Source of the DNA: Candidatus Latescibacterota bacterium
Lineage (GTDB): Bacteria; Latescibacterota; UBA2968; UBA8231
Reading direction: 5' to 3'
DNA: 64,000 bases
Assembly: GCA_965208105.1 (NCBI GenBank)
Contig: OZ242318.1
Coordinates: 1,344,001-1,408,000, forward strand
Made by a program: the position numbers and the translations under genes. The notes beneath the pieces were generated by a model. It was not told the origin of the DNA. It worked only from the letters and a program-made list of their open reading frames with translations, and did no database searches. Positions within the stretch are counted from its first letter, which is position 1. Each line of letters opens with the position of its first letter. This document shows, piece after piece, positions 18,453 to 32,506 of this stretch.

Positions 18453-21400
18453 TCAGAAGCGCAGCCCCAGCTGGCCGAAGACAAGGCGGCCCACGGCGGG
18501 GGAACCGACGAAGGCCTGGTAGGCCTGGCCGAGCACGTTGCCGGCGTCTATCTGCAGCGCCAGGTCCTGCTCCAGGGGCAGCTGGTAGGTCAGGTTGAGA
18601 TCGAGCACCGTGTAGGAATCCACGTCGCCCACGTACACTCCCGAGCTCATGGGGAATGAATCGATGTAACGGAGCTGGCTGCCAAGGGTCAGGCCCCATC
18701 GGGCAAGGTCGTAGCCCATCCCCAGCTTGATCTTGTGACGGGGCGCGTTGAGGGCGACGTCGGCGCTCCCTTCGGCCCTGGAGAACTTGAGATTCTCGAA
18801 CCAGTTGTCGTTCACGAAGGAATAGCTCCCCGTAAGCCGCCAGTGGTCCGCCGGGGTGCAGGCCAGGCTCAAGTCCAGCCCCCAGACCCTCACGCTTTCA
18901 AAGTTGCGGTAGCTCATGATCATCGCGTAGGGATCGGACGCCTGTTCGGGAGAGACCGTGCCGTAGGGGATGGCCGCCGCACCCGCGGCGATAAGGCCGG
19001 CCAGTTCGTCCGCCGGGGTGCCGTTGTTGTTGCCCTCAACCAATCCCGGCAGCCGCGCTGCATCCAGGGCCGCCAGTGCGGCGGCCACCTCGGCGTTGGC
19101 CCCATCGGCCAGCGCCTTGCCGATCCCTTCCACGAGGGCTGCTCCCAGGCTCTGGTGATCGAGGAAGACGGTGGGAGTCTCAACCGAGACCGCCCCGACG
19201 AAATTCTCGATCCTGGACTGGTAGAGATCGGCGGCCACCACCACCTTGTTTGCCACCACCCCCTTGTAGCCAAGCTCGATGGTCCGGGTTATGGCCGATT
19301 CGATCCGGGGCAAATCATAAGCCGTAACGGGGGTGGTCCCGTCCGCCTCCACGAAGAAGAAGGACGGCCTCTCCGGATCGGGGTCTGAACCCAGTGGCTC
19401 GGTCTCTATATTCAATCTACCCATGACGTTGCGCAGGCCGGATACCTGCTCGGGGACGACCGCCGGCAGGGCCGCGGCCAAGCGGCCGGCTGCCGCCCCG
19501 GCCTCTTCGGCCCCCATCCCCTCTGCCATGAAGGCGCCTGCCGCCAGGAGCTGGAACTGGGGACCGAACTCCGCCAGCACCGCCTGCCTGGCGATCCCCC
19601 ACATCACGTTGGTGACCAGCGGATGGTCCATGGCCATGTAGCCGTCGGGCCCGATGGGATAGCCTGCATCGCCGGGTGAAAGCCCCAGCCTGGCGGCCTG
19701 GCCGGCTACGAGAGGTTCGAAAGGCGAGCGGAAGAGGGGCCGGCCTGCGGCGTCCCGCCGGAAAGTGAAGCCGTACCCGGCGCCTTTCCTGTAGTTGCCC
19801 TGGGTCCATACGTCGATTGACTTGAACTCTCCCAGGTTCAGATTCGAAAACAGTGGGGAAAAGGCCGGATTCAGTCCGAAGGGGTCCCGGGATGTCCGCA
19901 GGTCGAGGTAGAGGTTGTTCGAGGTTGGAGTGCTGAACGCCCGGTTGAAGGTCAGCCTCAACGTCTGGGTCTTCCCCGGCTTGTAGACCAGGGCCGCCCG
20001 GGGCGAAAGCTCGGGGTCCTTCAGCCGGCTGTGGTAGTCGTAGCGCAGGGCCAGCACCAGGTCCAGCATCTCATCGAGGGCAGTCTCGCTCTGCACGTAG
20101 CCGCCGGCCTCGTTGAGGTCGTCGTCGTCCTCGTTCCTGCCCATGATGGTCCCGTCGGTGTCGGGCCGGGTCAGCAGGACGTCGATGCCGTAGGTGAAGC
20201 GCTGGCGCTGACCCACCCTGGAGGTGTGCTGCGCCTGGAATACGTCGAGGTAGGAGCGATCGACGACGGGCACGCCCGTGCGCAGCAGGAAGGTATCGCC
20301 CGCGTCGCTCCAGTTGCGGAAGGCCTGGAAGAACCAGTCGCGGTAGAGGAGCCGCAACTGGGCGTAGTTGTACTGCCAGTCCAGGGTTTGCGACGCCCCC
20401 ACCCCGGTCATCCCGACTATGTTTGCATTGTTGTGTCCAGCCGAAAGAATGGCGGTCAAATCTTCCGAGGCGCGCCAGTCAAGGCGCAATTCGATGCTCT
20501 GGTTGCTGGTTTCGGGATCACGGGTCTCGAGGGGCGGCAAATTTGCTCCTGCATCGATCTCCGCCCGCCTCAGAGACTGCGCCTTCACCTCCTCCGGATC
20601 GGTGTAGTCCCACTCGGTCCCTGCATAGTACTGGCCCGAAATCTTGTAGCCCAGGCGGTCACCCACCAGGCCGGCGTGCCGGACGCTGGTATGGCGCAGA
20701 CTGCGCTCCCCCGTTCCCACATTCACCGTGGTGCCCTGCGAGGAAAAGGGGGAACGGGTGATGAGATGCATGACCCCGTCGGCGCTGTTGGGACCGTAGA
20801 GGGCCGACCCAGGACCCAGGACCACCTCGATGCGTTCCACGTCGTCGTTGGTGAGGGGAATGAAATTCATGGCGTTGACCCGCAGCGAGGGTATGCGGGC
20901 GATGCGGTTGTCGGTCAGGGTGAGCAGGGTCCCCGAGAAGACATTGTTGAAGCCGCGCACCACCACGTTGGCGTTCGCCAGCCCCCTCTTGGCAATATCC
21001 ACGGCGGGAAGATTCTTGACGTGGTCGGAGACGCTCAGCGCGGGGTTGTTGCGGATTTCCCTGCCCTCGACCACGGACACGGAGGCCGGGGCGTCCAGGA
21101 TCTTTTCCTTCCGGCGCGAAGCGGAGACCACGCTTTGCCCCAGGTAAATAACCTGGTTGGCCATAACCACCTCCAGCCGGGTGGTCCCTCCGGCCTCCAC
21201 CTGCACCTTTTCCAGCGCTTCCGGCCGATAGCCGACGAAGGTGATTTCGACCTGGTACTCCCCCGCCGGAACGGCGAGGCGGAAGCGTCCGCCGGAGCCC
21301 GCCGCAGTCCCGGCTCCTCCCGGCAGGGCCTCGCCCGTCACGGTGATATTGGCGCCGGCCAGGGCCTCGCCCCCCTCCTCGGCCACGGTCCCTTCGATAA

Positions 21401-21467
21401 AGCCCCCCGGCTGGGCCCAGAGCATCCCACACCCCAGGAACATTCCCAGGAACAGCAATCTGCTCAT
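18453..21467 (-). CDS. TonB-dependent receptor (paralog 1)
   Basis: N-terminal carboxypeptidase-regulatory-like domain, VVSASR, plug motif ERIEVVLGPGSALYG and terminal GLRF. Start MSRLLFL at 21467. Confidence 0.93.
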   Translation of the reverse strand: MSRLLFLGMFLGCGMLWAQPGGFIEGTVAEEGGEALAGANITVTGEALPGGAGTAAGSGGRFRLAVPAGEYQVEITFVGYRPEALEKVQVEAGGTTRLEVVMANQVIYLGQSVVSASRRKEKILDAPASVSVVEGREIRNNPALSVSDHVKNLPAVDIAKRGLANANVVVRGFNNVFSGTLLTLTDNRIARIPSLRVNAMNFIPLTNDDVERIEVVLGPGSALYGPNSADGVMHLITRSPFSSQGTTVNVGTGERSLRHTSVRHAGLVGDRLGYKISGQYYAGTEWDYTDPEEVKAQSLRRAEIDAGANLPPLETRDPETSNQSIELRLDWRASEDLTAILSAGHNNANIVGMTGVGASQTLDWQYNYAQLRLLYRDWFFQAFRNWSDAGDTFLLRTGVPVVDRSYLDVFQAQHTSRVGQRQRFTYGIDVLLTRPDTDGTIMGRNEDDDDLNEAGGYVQSETALDEMLDLVLALRYDYHSRLKDPELSPRAALVYKPGKTQTLRLTFNRAFSTPTSNNLYLDLRTSRDPFGLNPAFSPLFSNLNLGEFKSIDVWTQGNYRKGAGYGFTFRRDAAGRPLFRSPFEPLVAGQAARLGLSPGDAGYPIGPDGYMAMDHPLVTNVMWGIARQAVLAEFGPQFQLLAAGAFMAEGMGAEEAGAAAGRLAAALPAVVPEQVSGLRNVMGRLNIETEPLGSDPDPERPSFFFVEADGTTPVTAYDLPRIESAITRTIELGYKGVVANKVVVAADLYQSRIENFVGAVSVETPTVFLDHQSLGAALVEGIGKALADGANAEVAAALAALDAARLPGLVEGNNNGTPADELAGLIAAGAAAIPYGTVSPEQASDPYAMIMSYRNFESVRVWGLDLSLACTPADHWRLTGSYSFVNDNWFENLKFSRAEGSADVALNAPRHKIKLGMGYDLARWGLTLGSQLRYIDSFPMSSGVYVGDVDSYTVLDLNLTYQLPLEQDLALQIDAGNVLGQAYQAFVGSPAVGRLVFGQLGLRF

Positions 21468-21619
21468 CTCGCCTTCACCTCCGCAGGCGCCACAGGTCCC
21501 CGGACCTGAAGCGCGGATTTTCAGGATGTCCTTCCACTCGCCTCTCCAAGGTTGCGGGCGGCCCCGTCCCCAACCCAGGGCCATTCGCCGGCACCGGAGC
21601 GCCACCCACACCAGATAGA

Positions 21620-21651
21620 AAAAGCGGGGAGCAGCCACGCCCCCCGCTTTT
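21620..21651 (-). terminator. Rho-independent terminator after TonB receptor paralog 2
   Basis: AAAAGCGGGG...CCCCGCTTTT inverted repeat, giving a U-tract on the minus strand. Confidence 0.7.
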
Positions 21652-21670
21652 CAGTTGCTCAGGGCTGGTC

Positions 21671-24640
21671 TCAGAAGCGCACCCCAAGCTGCCCGAAGAC
21701 CAGGCGGCCCACCTCCGGTGCGCCCACGAACGACCTGTAGGCCTGGTCCAGCGCGTTGCTGGCGTCGACCTGAAGCACCAGGTCCGGCTCCAGGGGCAAC
21801 TGGTAGATCAGGTTCAGATCCAGCACCGTGTAGGAATCCACGTCGCCCACATAGGCCCCCGAGTTCATGGGGAAGGAACCGTTGTAGCGCACCCTTCCGC
21901 CCACCTCCAACCCCAACTGGGCGAAGTTGTAGGCCGCCCCCAGCTTGGCCTTGTGCATCGGGGCGTTGAGAGCGATATCGGCCACTGCCCCGGGACCAAC
22001 ACTGCCGGACAGCTTCTCCTTTTCGAAGAAATTGTCGTCGACGAAGGAGTAGTTCCCGGTGAGCTTCCAGTCGGCGCCGGGGTAGTAGGCAAGGCTCAGA
22101 TCGACCCCGCGGATGGTCACCTCGCCGAAATTGCGGTAGCTGGCGATCACCGCGTAGGGATCGGAGGCCTGCTCGGGAGAGACCGTACCGTAGGGGATGC
22201 CCGCGGCCGTCGACAGGAGAACACCCACCATCTCGTCCACCGGCGTTCCATTGTTGTTGCCCTCCAGCACTCCGGGCACGTTGATCGCATCCAGCGCCGC
22301 CAGGGCCGCGGCCAGATCGGCGTTGGCCGGATCGGCCAGGGCCTTGCCGATTCCCTCACCGAGGGCAGCCCCCAGGGTCTGGGGATCGAGAAAGACGTTG
22401 GGGGTCTCTATGCCCAGTGGGGCGACGAAGTCCTCGATCCTGGACTGGTAGAGGTCCGCGGCCACCACGAGGTTTTCGGCCACCACCCCCTTGTAGCCCA
22501 GTTCGATGGTCTGGGTGATGGAAGACTGGATGCGCGGAACGTCGTAGGCCTCGACGGGACTGCCGTCGGCCGCCGCGAAGTCGAAGCCTGAGGTCTCCAG
22601 GTTCAACCTGCCCAGTCTGTGGCGCAGGCCGGGCAACTGCTCGGGCACGACGCCGGGCAGGGCCGCGGCCAACTGGCCGGCCGCAGCCTGGGCGTCTTCA
22701 GCCCCCATGCCCCGGGCAATCAGGGCTCCTGCTGTCAGGGAATGGAAAAGGGGCGTGAACTGAGCCAGCACCGCTCCACGGGCGATCCCCCACATCACGT
22801 TGGTGGTCACCGGATGGTCCAGGGCGAGATAAGCGTCGGCTCCGATGGGATAGCCGGCGGCGCCCGGGGCCAGCCCGGCCTGGGCCGACTGGGCGGCGAT
22901 CAGGGGCGCGAAGGGCGAGCGGAAGAGGGGCCGTCCCGCCGCGTCCCTCCTGAAGGAGAGTCCCTTTTCGGTGGCGCTGCTGTAGGTTCCCTGGGCCCAG
23001 ATATCGATGGGCTTGAACTCACCCAGGCCGAGTTGCTGGAAAAGGGGCGAGAAGTTCGCACCCAGGCCAAATGGATCTTTCGCCGACAGGATGTCCAGAT
23101 AGAGGTTGCTGGTCGAAGGCGTGCTGAAAGCCCGGTTGTAGGTCAGCCTCAAGGTCTGGGTTTCGCGCGGCTTGAAAACGAGTGCGGCGCGCGGGGAGAG
23201 CTGAGGGTCCTCGAGGCGGTTGTGGTTGTCGTAGCGCAGGGCGAGCACGAGGTCCAGGGGAGGACTCAGGGAGGTCTCGCTCTGCAGGTAGCCGCCGAAC
23301 TCGTTGAGGTCGTCGTCGTCCTCGTTCTTGCCGGTGATGGTGCCGTCGGTATCCGGCCGGGTCAGCAAGGCATCAAACCCGTAGGTCAGGCGCTGGCGCT
23401 GACCAAGACGGGAGGTATGCTGCGCCTGGAACACGGTCAGGGAGGAGCGGTCGACGATGGGTTCCCCGGTGCGAAGCAGGAAGGTATCGCCCGCATCGCT
23501 CCAGTTGCGGAAAGTCTGGAAGAACCAGTCCTGGTAAAGAAGCCGCAACTGGACGTAGTTGTAGGTCCAGTCCCGGGCCTGGCCCGCGCCCACACCGGTC
23601 AATTCGATTTGATTCCCCTGGTTGTACCCCGCCGCCAGAATTGCGGTCAGGTCGTCCGAGGCCCTGTAATCGAAGCGCACTTCGGCGCTGCTGCGCTCTA
23701 CATCGAACTCCCGCTCCTCGATGGTTGGATCGTTTTTCCGGGCCTCTTCCTCCTCCGGATCATGGTACTCCCAATCCGTCCCGGTATAGTACTGCGACGA
23801 AATTTTGTAGCCCAGGCGGTCTCCAGCCACCCCCGAGTGCCGCAACGACCCCTTGAGGAGGCTGCGTTCCCCCATCCCCACCTGCATGCTGGTGCCCTGT
23901 GAGGTAAACGGGGAATGGGTGATGATGTGCATGACCCCGTCGGCGCTGTTGGGCCCGTAGAGGGCCGACCCCGGACCCAGGACCACCTCGATGCGCTCCA
24001 CGTCGTCGTTGGTGACCGGGATGAAGTTGTAGGCGTTGAGCCGCAGCGAGGGTACCCGCGCCATGCGGTTGTCGGTCAGCGTCAGCAGGGTCCCGGAGAA
24101 AACATTGTTGAAGCCGCGCACCACGACATTGCTCTGGACGAGCCCCGTCTTCGCGAAGTCCACCGCCGGCAAGTCCTGGATGTGGTCGGCGACGCTGAGC
24201 ACCGGGACGCTGCGGATGTCGCTGCCCTCGACCACGGACACCGAGGCCGGGGCGTCGAGAATCTTTTCCTGCCGGCGGGACGCCGAGACCACGCTCTGCT
24301 CCAGGAAAATGACCTGGGACTGGAGGACGAAATCGAGCTCCGTTTCCTGTCCGGCCTCTACGACAACCCCTGCCTGCACCGCCGTTTTGAAGCCGACGTG
24401 CGAAACCCTGACCTCGTAGGAACCGGAAGGGAGATCCGCGAGGCGATACGCCCCGGTCTCGTCCGCCGCGGTCACCATCTCCGCCGTCAGGGCAGGCCCG
24501 GTCAAAACGACGATGGCGCCAGACAATCGGTCCTCGGACCTGTCGCTCACCCGCCCTTGGAGAACCCCCGTTCCCTCCTGGCTCTCGACCGCTCCGGCTC
24601 CGTACATCAGCAACAAGGCTGCCAGTATCACTCCACGCAT
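21671..24640 (-). CDS. TonB-dependent receptor (paralog 2)
   Basis: Same architecture and long shared segments with paralog 1; GGAGG SD; terminal GVRF. Confidence 0.93.
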   Translation of the reverse strand: MRGVILAALLLMYGAGAVESQEGTGVLQGRVSDRSEDRLSGAIVVLTGPALTAEMVTAADETGAYRLADLPSGSYEVRVSHVGFKTAVQAGVVVEAGQETELDFVLQSQVIFLEQSVVSASRRQEKILDAPASVSVVEGSDIRSVPVLSVADHIQDLPAVDFAKTGLVQSNVVVRGFNNVFSGTLLTLTDNRMARVPSLRLNAYNFIPVTNDDVERIEVVLGPGSALYGPNSADGVMHIITHSPFTSQGTSMQVGMGERSLLKGSLRHSGVAGDRLGYKISSQYYTGTDWEYHDPEEEEARKNDPTIEEREFDVERSSAEVRFDYRASDDLTAILAAGYNQGNQIELTGVGAGQARDWTYNYVQLRLLYQDWFFQTFRNWSDAGDTFLLRTGEPIVDRSSLTVFQAQHTSRLGQRQRLTYGFDALLTRPDTDGTITGKNEDDDDLNEFGGYLQSETSLSPPLDLVLALRYDNHNRLEDPQLSPRAALVFKPRETQTLRLTYNRAFSTPSTSNLYLDILSAKDPFGLGANFSPLFQQLGLGEFKPIDIWAQGTYSSATEKGLSFRRDAAGRPLFRSPFAPLIAAQSAQAGLAPGAAGYPIGADAYLALDHPVTTNVMWGIARGAVLAQFTPLFHSLTAGALIARGMGAEDAQAAAGQLAAALPGVVPEQLPGLRHRLGRLNLETSGFDFAAADGSPVEAYDVPRIQSSITQTIELGYKGVVAENLVVAADLYQSRIEDFVAPLGIETPNVFLDPQTLGAALGEGIGKALADPANADLAAALAALDAINVPGVLEGNNNGTPVDEMVGVLLSTAAGIPYGTVSPEQASDPYAVIASYRNFGEVTIRGVDLSLAYYPGADWKLTGNYSFVDDNFFEKEKLSGSVGPGAVADIALNAPMHKAKLGAAYNFAQLGLEVGGRVRYNGSFPMNSGAYVGDVDSYTVLDLNLIYQLPLEPDLVLQVDASNALDQAYRSFVGAPEVGRLVFGQLGVRF

Positions 24641-24785
24641 CTGGGGACCTCCTTCGTAGTTGAGATTGAATTATTCCCTTCAAGTGAAAATAACAATTAT
24701 TCATTGCTCGGAGGAAGAATTTTTTATATATCTTTGCCTTCTTGCCGAAAATTTGATATCAGCGGAAAACCTGAGGCTCCTCCCC

Positions 24786-25802
24786 ATGTCCGGAATCCTG
24801 AAACTCGCCTTCGTCGGCTGCGGCGCCATCTCGCGGTTCCACCTCGACGGCATTCTTGAAAGCGCCCCACGCATAAAGGTGACCGCCGCCATCGATCCGG
24901 ACCCCGGCAGGGCAGAGGCCATTGCCTCCGAAACAGGCGCTCAGGTTTTCTCCTCACTGGCCGAAGGAATCGGCCGGGGCGATTTCGATGCGGTAGATCT
25001 CATGTTGCCGCACGACCTGCACGAGAGCGCCGCCGTGCAGGCGCTGGAGGCGGGCAAACACGTCCTCCTTGAAAAACCAATGGCCCCGGACCTCGATGCA
25101 TGCGAGCGCGTCCTGGCTGCCGCCGAGAAGGCAGCCGGCGTCTTCATGGTGGGAGAAAATTCCCAGTACTGGCCCGAGATCGTCAAAACCAGGGAGCTCG
25201 TGCAGAGTGGCGCCATCGGGGAAATCATCACCGCCCGGGCGGCCTTCGTCATGGAATTCGACCCACAGTGGTTCGAGGGCGAAAGACCCTGGCGCTGCGA
25301 CCGGGCCCGCACCGGTGGCGGCATTGCCATCGACGGCGGCTCCCATTGGATAAGGCCATTGCGCATGTGGATGGGGGAGATCGACGCGGTGGTGGCCGCT
25401 CTCGGCCATCCGCTGGAGAGCATGGAGGGAGAGTCCCAGGTGCGCTCCCTGCTGCGCTTCCGGTCGGGGAAGACCGCCAGCTTCGACGCTTTGATGGCGG
25501 AAACCATCCTCGCCCCCGAGCCCTGGTGGCGCCTTACCGGGACCCGGGGTGAGATTCTCATCGACGGCGGCTTTGCCGGTGGCATCCGGATCTTCGATGG
25601 GGACCATCGGGAAGGCAAACTGGTCCAGGAACCCCGGGGCTATGCCCGATCATTCGGCCCCGAGCTGGCGGATTTCGCCGCTGCCGTCCTCGACGGCAAG
25701 GCGCTCGAAGCGGGACCCGAGCAGTCCCTGGGAGAGCTGCGCACCGCCCTCGCCATCTACCGTTCGGCGGCCAGCGGAAAATGGGAGATGGTCTGGGAAT
25801 AA
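24786..25802 (+). CDS. Gfo/Idh/MocA family oxidoreductase
   Basis: VGCGAI, GKHVLLEKPMA and GGGIAIDGGSH motifs. Confidence 0.9.
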   Translation: MSGILKLAFVGCGAISRFHLDGILESAPRIKVTAAIDPDPGRAEAIASETGAQVFSSLAEGIGRGDFDAVDLMLPHDLHESAAVQALEAGKHVLLEKPMAPDLDACERVLAAAEKAAGVFMVGENSQYWPEIVKTRELVQSGAIGEIITARAAFVMEFDPQWFEGERPWRCDRARTGGGIAIDGGSHWIRPLRMWMGEIDAVVAALGHPLESMEGESQVRSLLRFRSGKTASFDALMAETILAPEPWWRLTGTRGEILIDGGFAGGIRIFDGDHREGKLVQEPRGYARSFGPELADFAAAVLDGKALEAGPEQSLGELRTALAIYRSAASGKWEMVWE

Positions 25803-25942
25803 CGCAGGCTCCGGGAGTACGAACATGTCACTTGCGCGGCCCTGTCTGCTTTCTATATTAGTCCGGATTATCGCGGCAATCTACGATGCTGGAATTCCCT
25901 CCTTTTCAACCGTAAACCAACCTAAGCGAGCTCTTCTCCAAC

Positions 25943-29344
<3,402 letters not shown>

Positions 29345-29352
<8 letters not shown>

Positions 29353-30220
29353 GAAGCCAGTCCTCGGCAAGGGAATCAGTGCCCTGATTCCCGACTACAC
29401 CGAATCCGATTCCGGGGGCAATCCGGGCGGGCAGATCGTATATCTCAACGTGGAGGAAATAGAGCCCAATCCCTACCAGGCCCGCACCGAGTTCGACCCC
29501 AAGCACATCGACGAGCTGACCCATTCCATCAAGGAAAAGGGCGTCATTCAGCCCATAGCGGTGAACCGGGTGGGACAGAACTATCAACTCATTACCGGGG
29601 AGCGCCGCTGGCGCGCCACCAAGATGGCCGGCTACGACACCATTCCGGCCATCATTCACCAGATCGACTCCGCCCAGGAGCTGATGGAGCTGTCCCTTAT
29701 CGAGAACGTCCAGCGCGAGGACCTCAGCCCCGTCGAAGAAGCCGAAGGTTATCGGTCTTTGCTGACCAATTGCTACCTGACCCAGGAGGAGGTCGCCCGC
29801 AAGGTGGGCAAAGACCGCTCCACCATAGCCAATCTGATGCGCCTGCTGAGCCTGCCGGAGGAAATTCAGGGACACATCAAGAAGGGCAATCTGCAAGTGG
29901 GCCACGCCCGGGCCCTGCTCGGGTTGGAGGAGGAGGAGGAACGCCTGGAACTGGGCCGCCGCTGCGTCGCCGAAAAGATGACCGTGCGCCAGGTCGAAAA
30001 CGCCGTAAAAGCGCACCGAGCCGGCCGCGACCATTCTCCCTCCTCGAAGGAGCAGGCCAGGGATCCTCACCTCGTCGCCTGCGAGGAGAGACTTCAACAC
30101 CGATTCGGCACGGCCGTCCATATCCGCAGCAACCCGAAAAAAGGCCGGATCGAACTCGAGTACTACGACCACGAAGACCTGGAACGCATCCTCGAACTGC
30201 TCCTCAGCGACGGCGAATGA
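29345..30220 (+). CDS. parB: Chromosome partitioning protein ParB/Spo0J
   Basis: [23 protein letters not shown] and [11 protein letters not shown]. Confidence 0.95.
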
Positions 30221-31635
30221 TCCAAGCTCTCGCCCTGCTTCTCCTCTCCCTCAATCTGAATACCTGCAGCCTGGTGCATCAGGATATCGCCAACGAACCT
30301 CCGGAACTGCAGGTCAGCAATGCCGATACTACGCGGGTGAGCCGGGGCCCGAAGGGGCGGGTGGAGGTGGAGGTGCGGGCCTCCGACGAGGACGACGACC
30401 CGCTCTACTACCGGTGGAGAACCTTCCGCGTCACCGCCGCGGCGGCGGCATCCCTCGGATCAGCTACTTTTGCCGGCCGGGAGGAGATTCAGAACCTGAT
30501 CGGCCAGCTGCAGAGCGCCGAAGAAATCCCCGACCGCTTCGACGATCCCGCCAATCCCGCCACCGTCTGGACCGCGCCGGAGATCATCGATGGTTCCCTC
30601 GAAAATTATCTCCTGGTCGTCGCCATATCGGACCGCCAATGCGAGCTGGTCGCCGCGCTGGAGGATCGCCTCCAGTGCGAAGAGGAGGCCCTGGAGCAGC
30701 AGATCGTCCAAACCTTCGTAATCGAGGTCTCTCAGAGAACGCCCACTCTCGCAGCTCCTGCCGACACGGTGGTTCTCTTCAGTGCCCCCGCGGTGGCCAT
30801 CGAGGCAATGGGGGCCGATGAGGACGGCGACGATCTGACCTACCAATGGGAACAGACAGGCGGTGAACCACTGGAATCCCTGCGGTCCATGCGGATCGAC
30901 AACAACCGGTCACAACTGACCTTCATTCCCTTATACCTTGGAGACTACCAGTTCCAGGCACTGGTTACCGACGGTCTCGACACGGCCAGCGCGGAGCTGG
31001 TCGTGCACGTCGTCGGCGACCGCGACCCTCCGGAGAGCGGCATGGCGACCCTGACCCTGCCCGGCGGCAGCACCTACCAGATCGACGTTTACGAATACCC
31101 GAATCGGAAGGGCGAGATTCCCCTGCTTGCGGAGTCCTGGTTCCAGGCCGCCCTGACCTGCGATTCGCTGGGCAAGCGCCTGTGCACTCCCGCTGAATGG
31201 GTCCATGCCTGCCGTGGGGAGGACGGGGGTCTCTTTTCCTCACCCGACGATCCTGCCCTCTTCGACGGCCAGCCATTCGGCCGCCGCTTCTGCAATACCC
31301 AGGGCTCTGCAGTCGCGGGCAATGATCTGGACGATCTGGCCGCCTCGGGCAGCTTCCCAAACTGCTTCAGTTGGGCTGGGGTCTACGATCTGTGCGGAAA
31401 TGCAGGCGAATGGCTGCTGAGCATCGACGATTCCGGGGAAATTGTGGGCAGGAGGATCCTGAGCAGCAACATAATCGGCGCAACCGACGCGAGTTGCAAT
31501 TTTCTCGGCACCCCACTCGCACCCCTGGCCCCCGACATGGACTTCACATCCCAGAGGCAACTCGACAGCCTGGCCACCCTGCCTGCCTATTCCAACTACT
31601 TCGATGATATAACCGGCTTTCGCTGCTGCCTCTAG
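30217..31635 (+). CDS. Exported protein with Ig/PKD-like domains and C-terminal FGE-sulfatase (C-type-lectin fold) domain
   Basis: Signal or possible lipoprotein N-terminus; two ASDEDDDPLYY / GADEDGDDLTYQW Ig-type segments; KRLCTPAEW, DLCGNAGEW and GFRCC motifs. Confidence 0.75.
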   Translation: MIQALALLLLSLNLNTCSLVHQDIANEPPELQVSNADTTRVSRGPKGRVEVEVRASDEDDDPLYYRWRTFRVTAAAAASLGSATFAGREEIQNLIGQLQSAEEIPDRFDDPANPATVWTAPEIIDGSLENYLLVVAISDRQCELVAALEDRLQCEEEALEQQIVQTFVIEVSQRTPTLAAPADTVVLFSAPAVAIEAMGADEDGDDLTYQWEQTGGEPLESLRSMRIDNNRSQLTFIPLYLGDYQFQALVTDGLDTASAELVVHVVGDRDPPESGMATLTLPGGSTYQIDVYEYPNRKGEIPLLAESWFQAALTCDSLGKRLCTPAEWVHACRGEDGGLFSSPDDPALFDGQPFGRRFCNTQGSAVAGNDLDDLAASGSFPNCFSWAGVYDLCGNAGEWLLSIDDSGEIVGRRILSSNIIGATDASCNFLGTPLAPLAPDMDFTSQRQLDSLATLPAYSNYFDDITGFRCCL

Positions 31636-31729
31636 TGCCCTGGCCGGCAAGGTTGCCCTACCCCGGGGAAACTTGACAGCTTTGCCCGGGGCGCCTTAGC
31701 TTCAGGCGGGGCATCACCACCCCGAAAAA

Positions 31730-32497
31730 ATGGACCGGGAAACCATATACCAGTTGCTGCGGCAGGTAGCCGCCGGCGGCCTCACTCCGGAAAAAGCCCT
31801 CGACCAGCTCCAGGACCTGCCTTTCGAAGACCTCGGATTTGCCCACGTGGACCACCACCGGTCCCTGCGCACGGGCTATCCCGAGGTGATTTTCTGCCAG
31901 GGAAAATCCTCCGAGCAGATCTTGAGCATCGCCGAACGTCTCGCAGAGCATGGCACCTTCGTGCTGGCGACCCGCACCGCTCCGGAGGCCATCCGGGCAC
32001 TGGTCCGACGCTTTCCCCATGCACAATGCGACGAGGTCGCGCGCACGGTGCTCATCCGTCCTCCAGACAACCCGGCACCGGAAGCAAAGGGCCTGATCGC
32101 CGTGGTCACGGCGGGGACATCCGACCTGCCGGTAGCGCAGGAGGCGGTAGTTACCGCCCGTGCGATGGGTGCCAAGGTGGAGACCATCTTCGACGTGGGT
32201 ATCGCCGGACTCCACCGCCTCCTCGCCCACCGCGACCAGTTGAGGTCCGCCCGCGTCATCGTTGTGGTAGCAGGCATGGAAGGCGCCCTGCCCAGCGTGG
32301 TCGGGGGACTCGTGGACAAGCCCGTCATCGCCGTGCCCACCAGCGTGGGTTATGGCGCCCATCTCAACGGCATCGCCGCCCTGCTCGCCATGCTCAACTC
32401 CTGCGCCTCCGGGGTGACGGTGGTGAATATCGACAATGGCTTCGGAGCCGGATATTCAGCCGCTCTCGTCAACGCTCTCCCGGAAAGCAGGGAATAG
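31730..32497 (+). CDS. larB: Nickel-pincer cofactor biosynthesis protein LarB
   Basis: AGTSDLPVA, DVGIAGLHRL, AGMEGALPSVVGG, PTSVGYG and VNIDNGFGA motifs. Confidence 0.93.
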   Translation: MDRETIYQLLRQVAAGGLTPEKALDQLQDLPFEDLGFAHVDHHRSLRTGYPEVIFCQGKSSEQILSIAERLAEHGTFVLATRTAPEAIRALVRRFPHAQCDEVARTVLIRPPDNPAPEAKGLIAVVTAGTSDLPVAQEAVVTARAMGAKVETIFDVGIAGLHRLLAHRDQLRSARVIVVVAGMEGALPSVVGGLVDKPVIAVPTSVGYGAHLNGIAALLAMLNSCASGVTVVNIDNGFGAGYSAALVNALPESRE

Positions 32498-32506
32498 GAG
32501 GCGACC

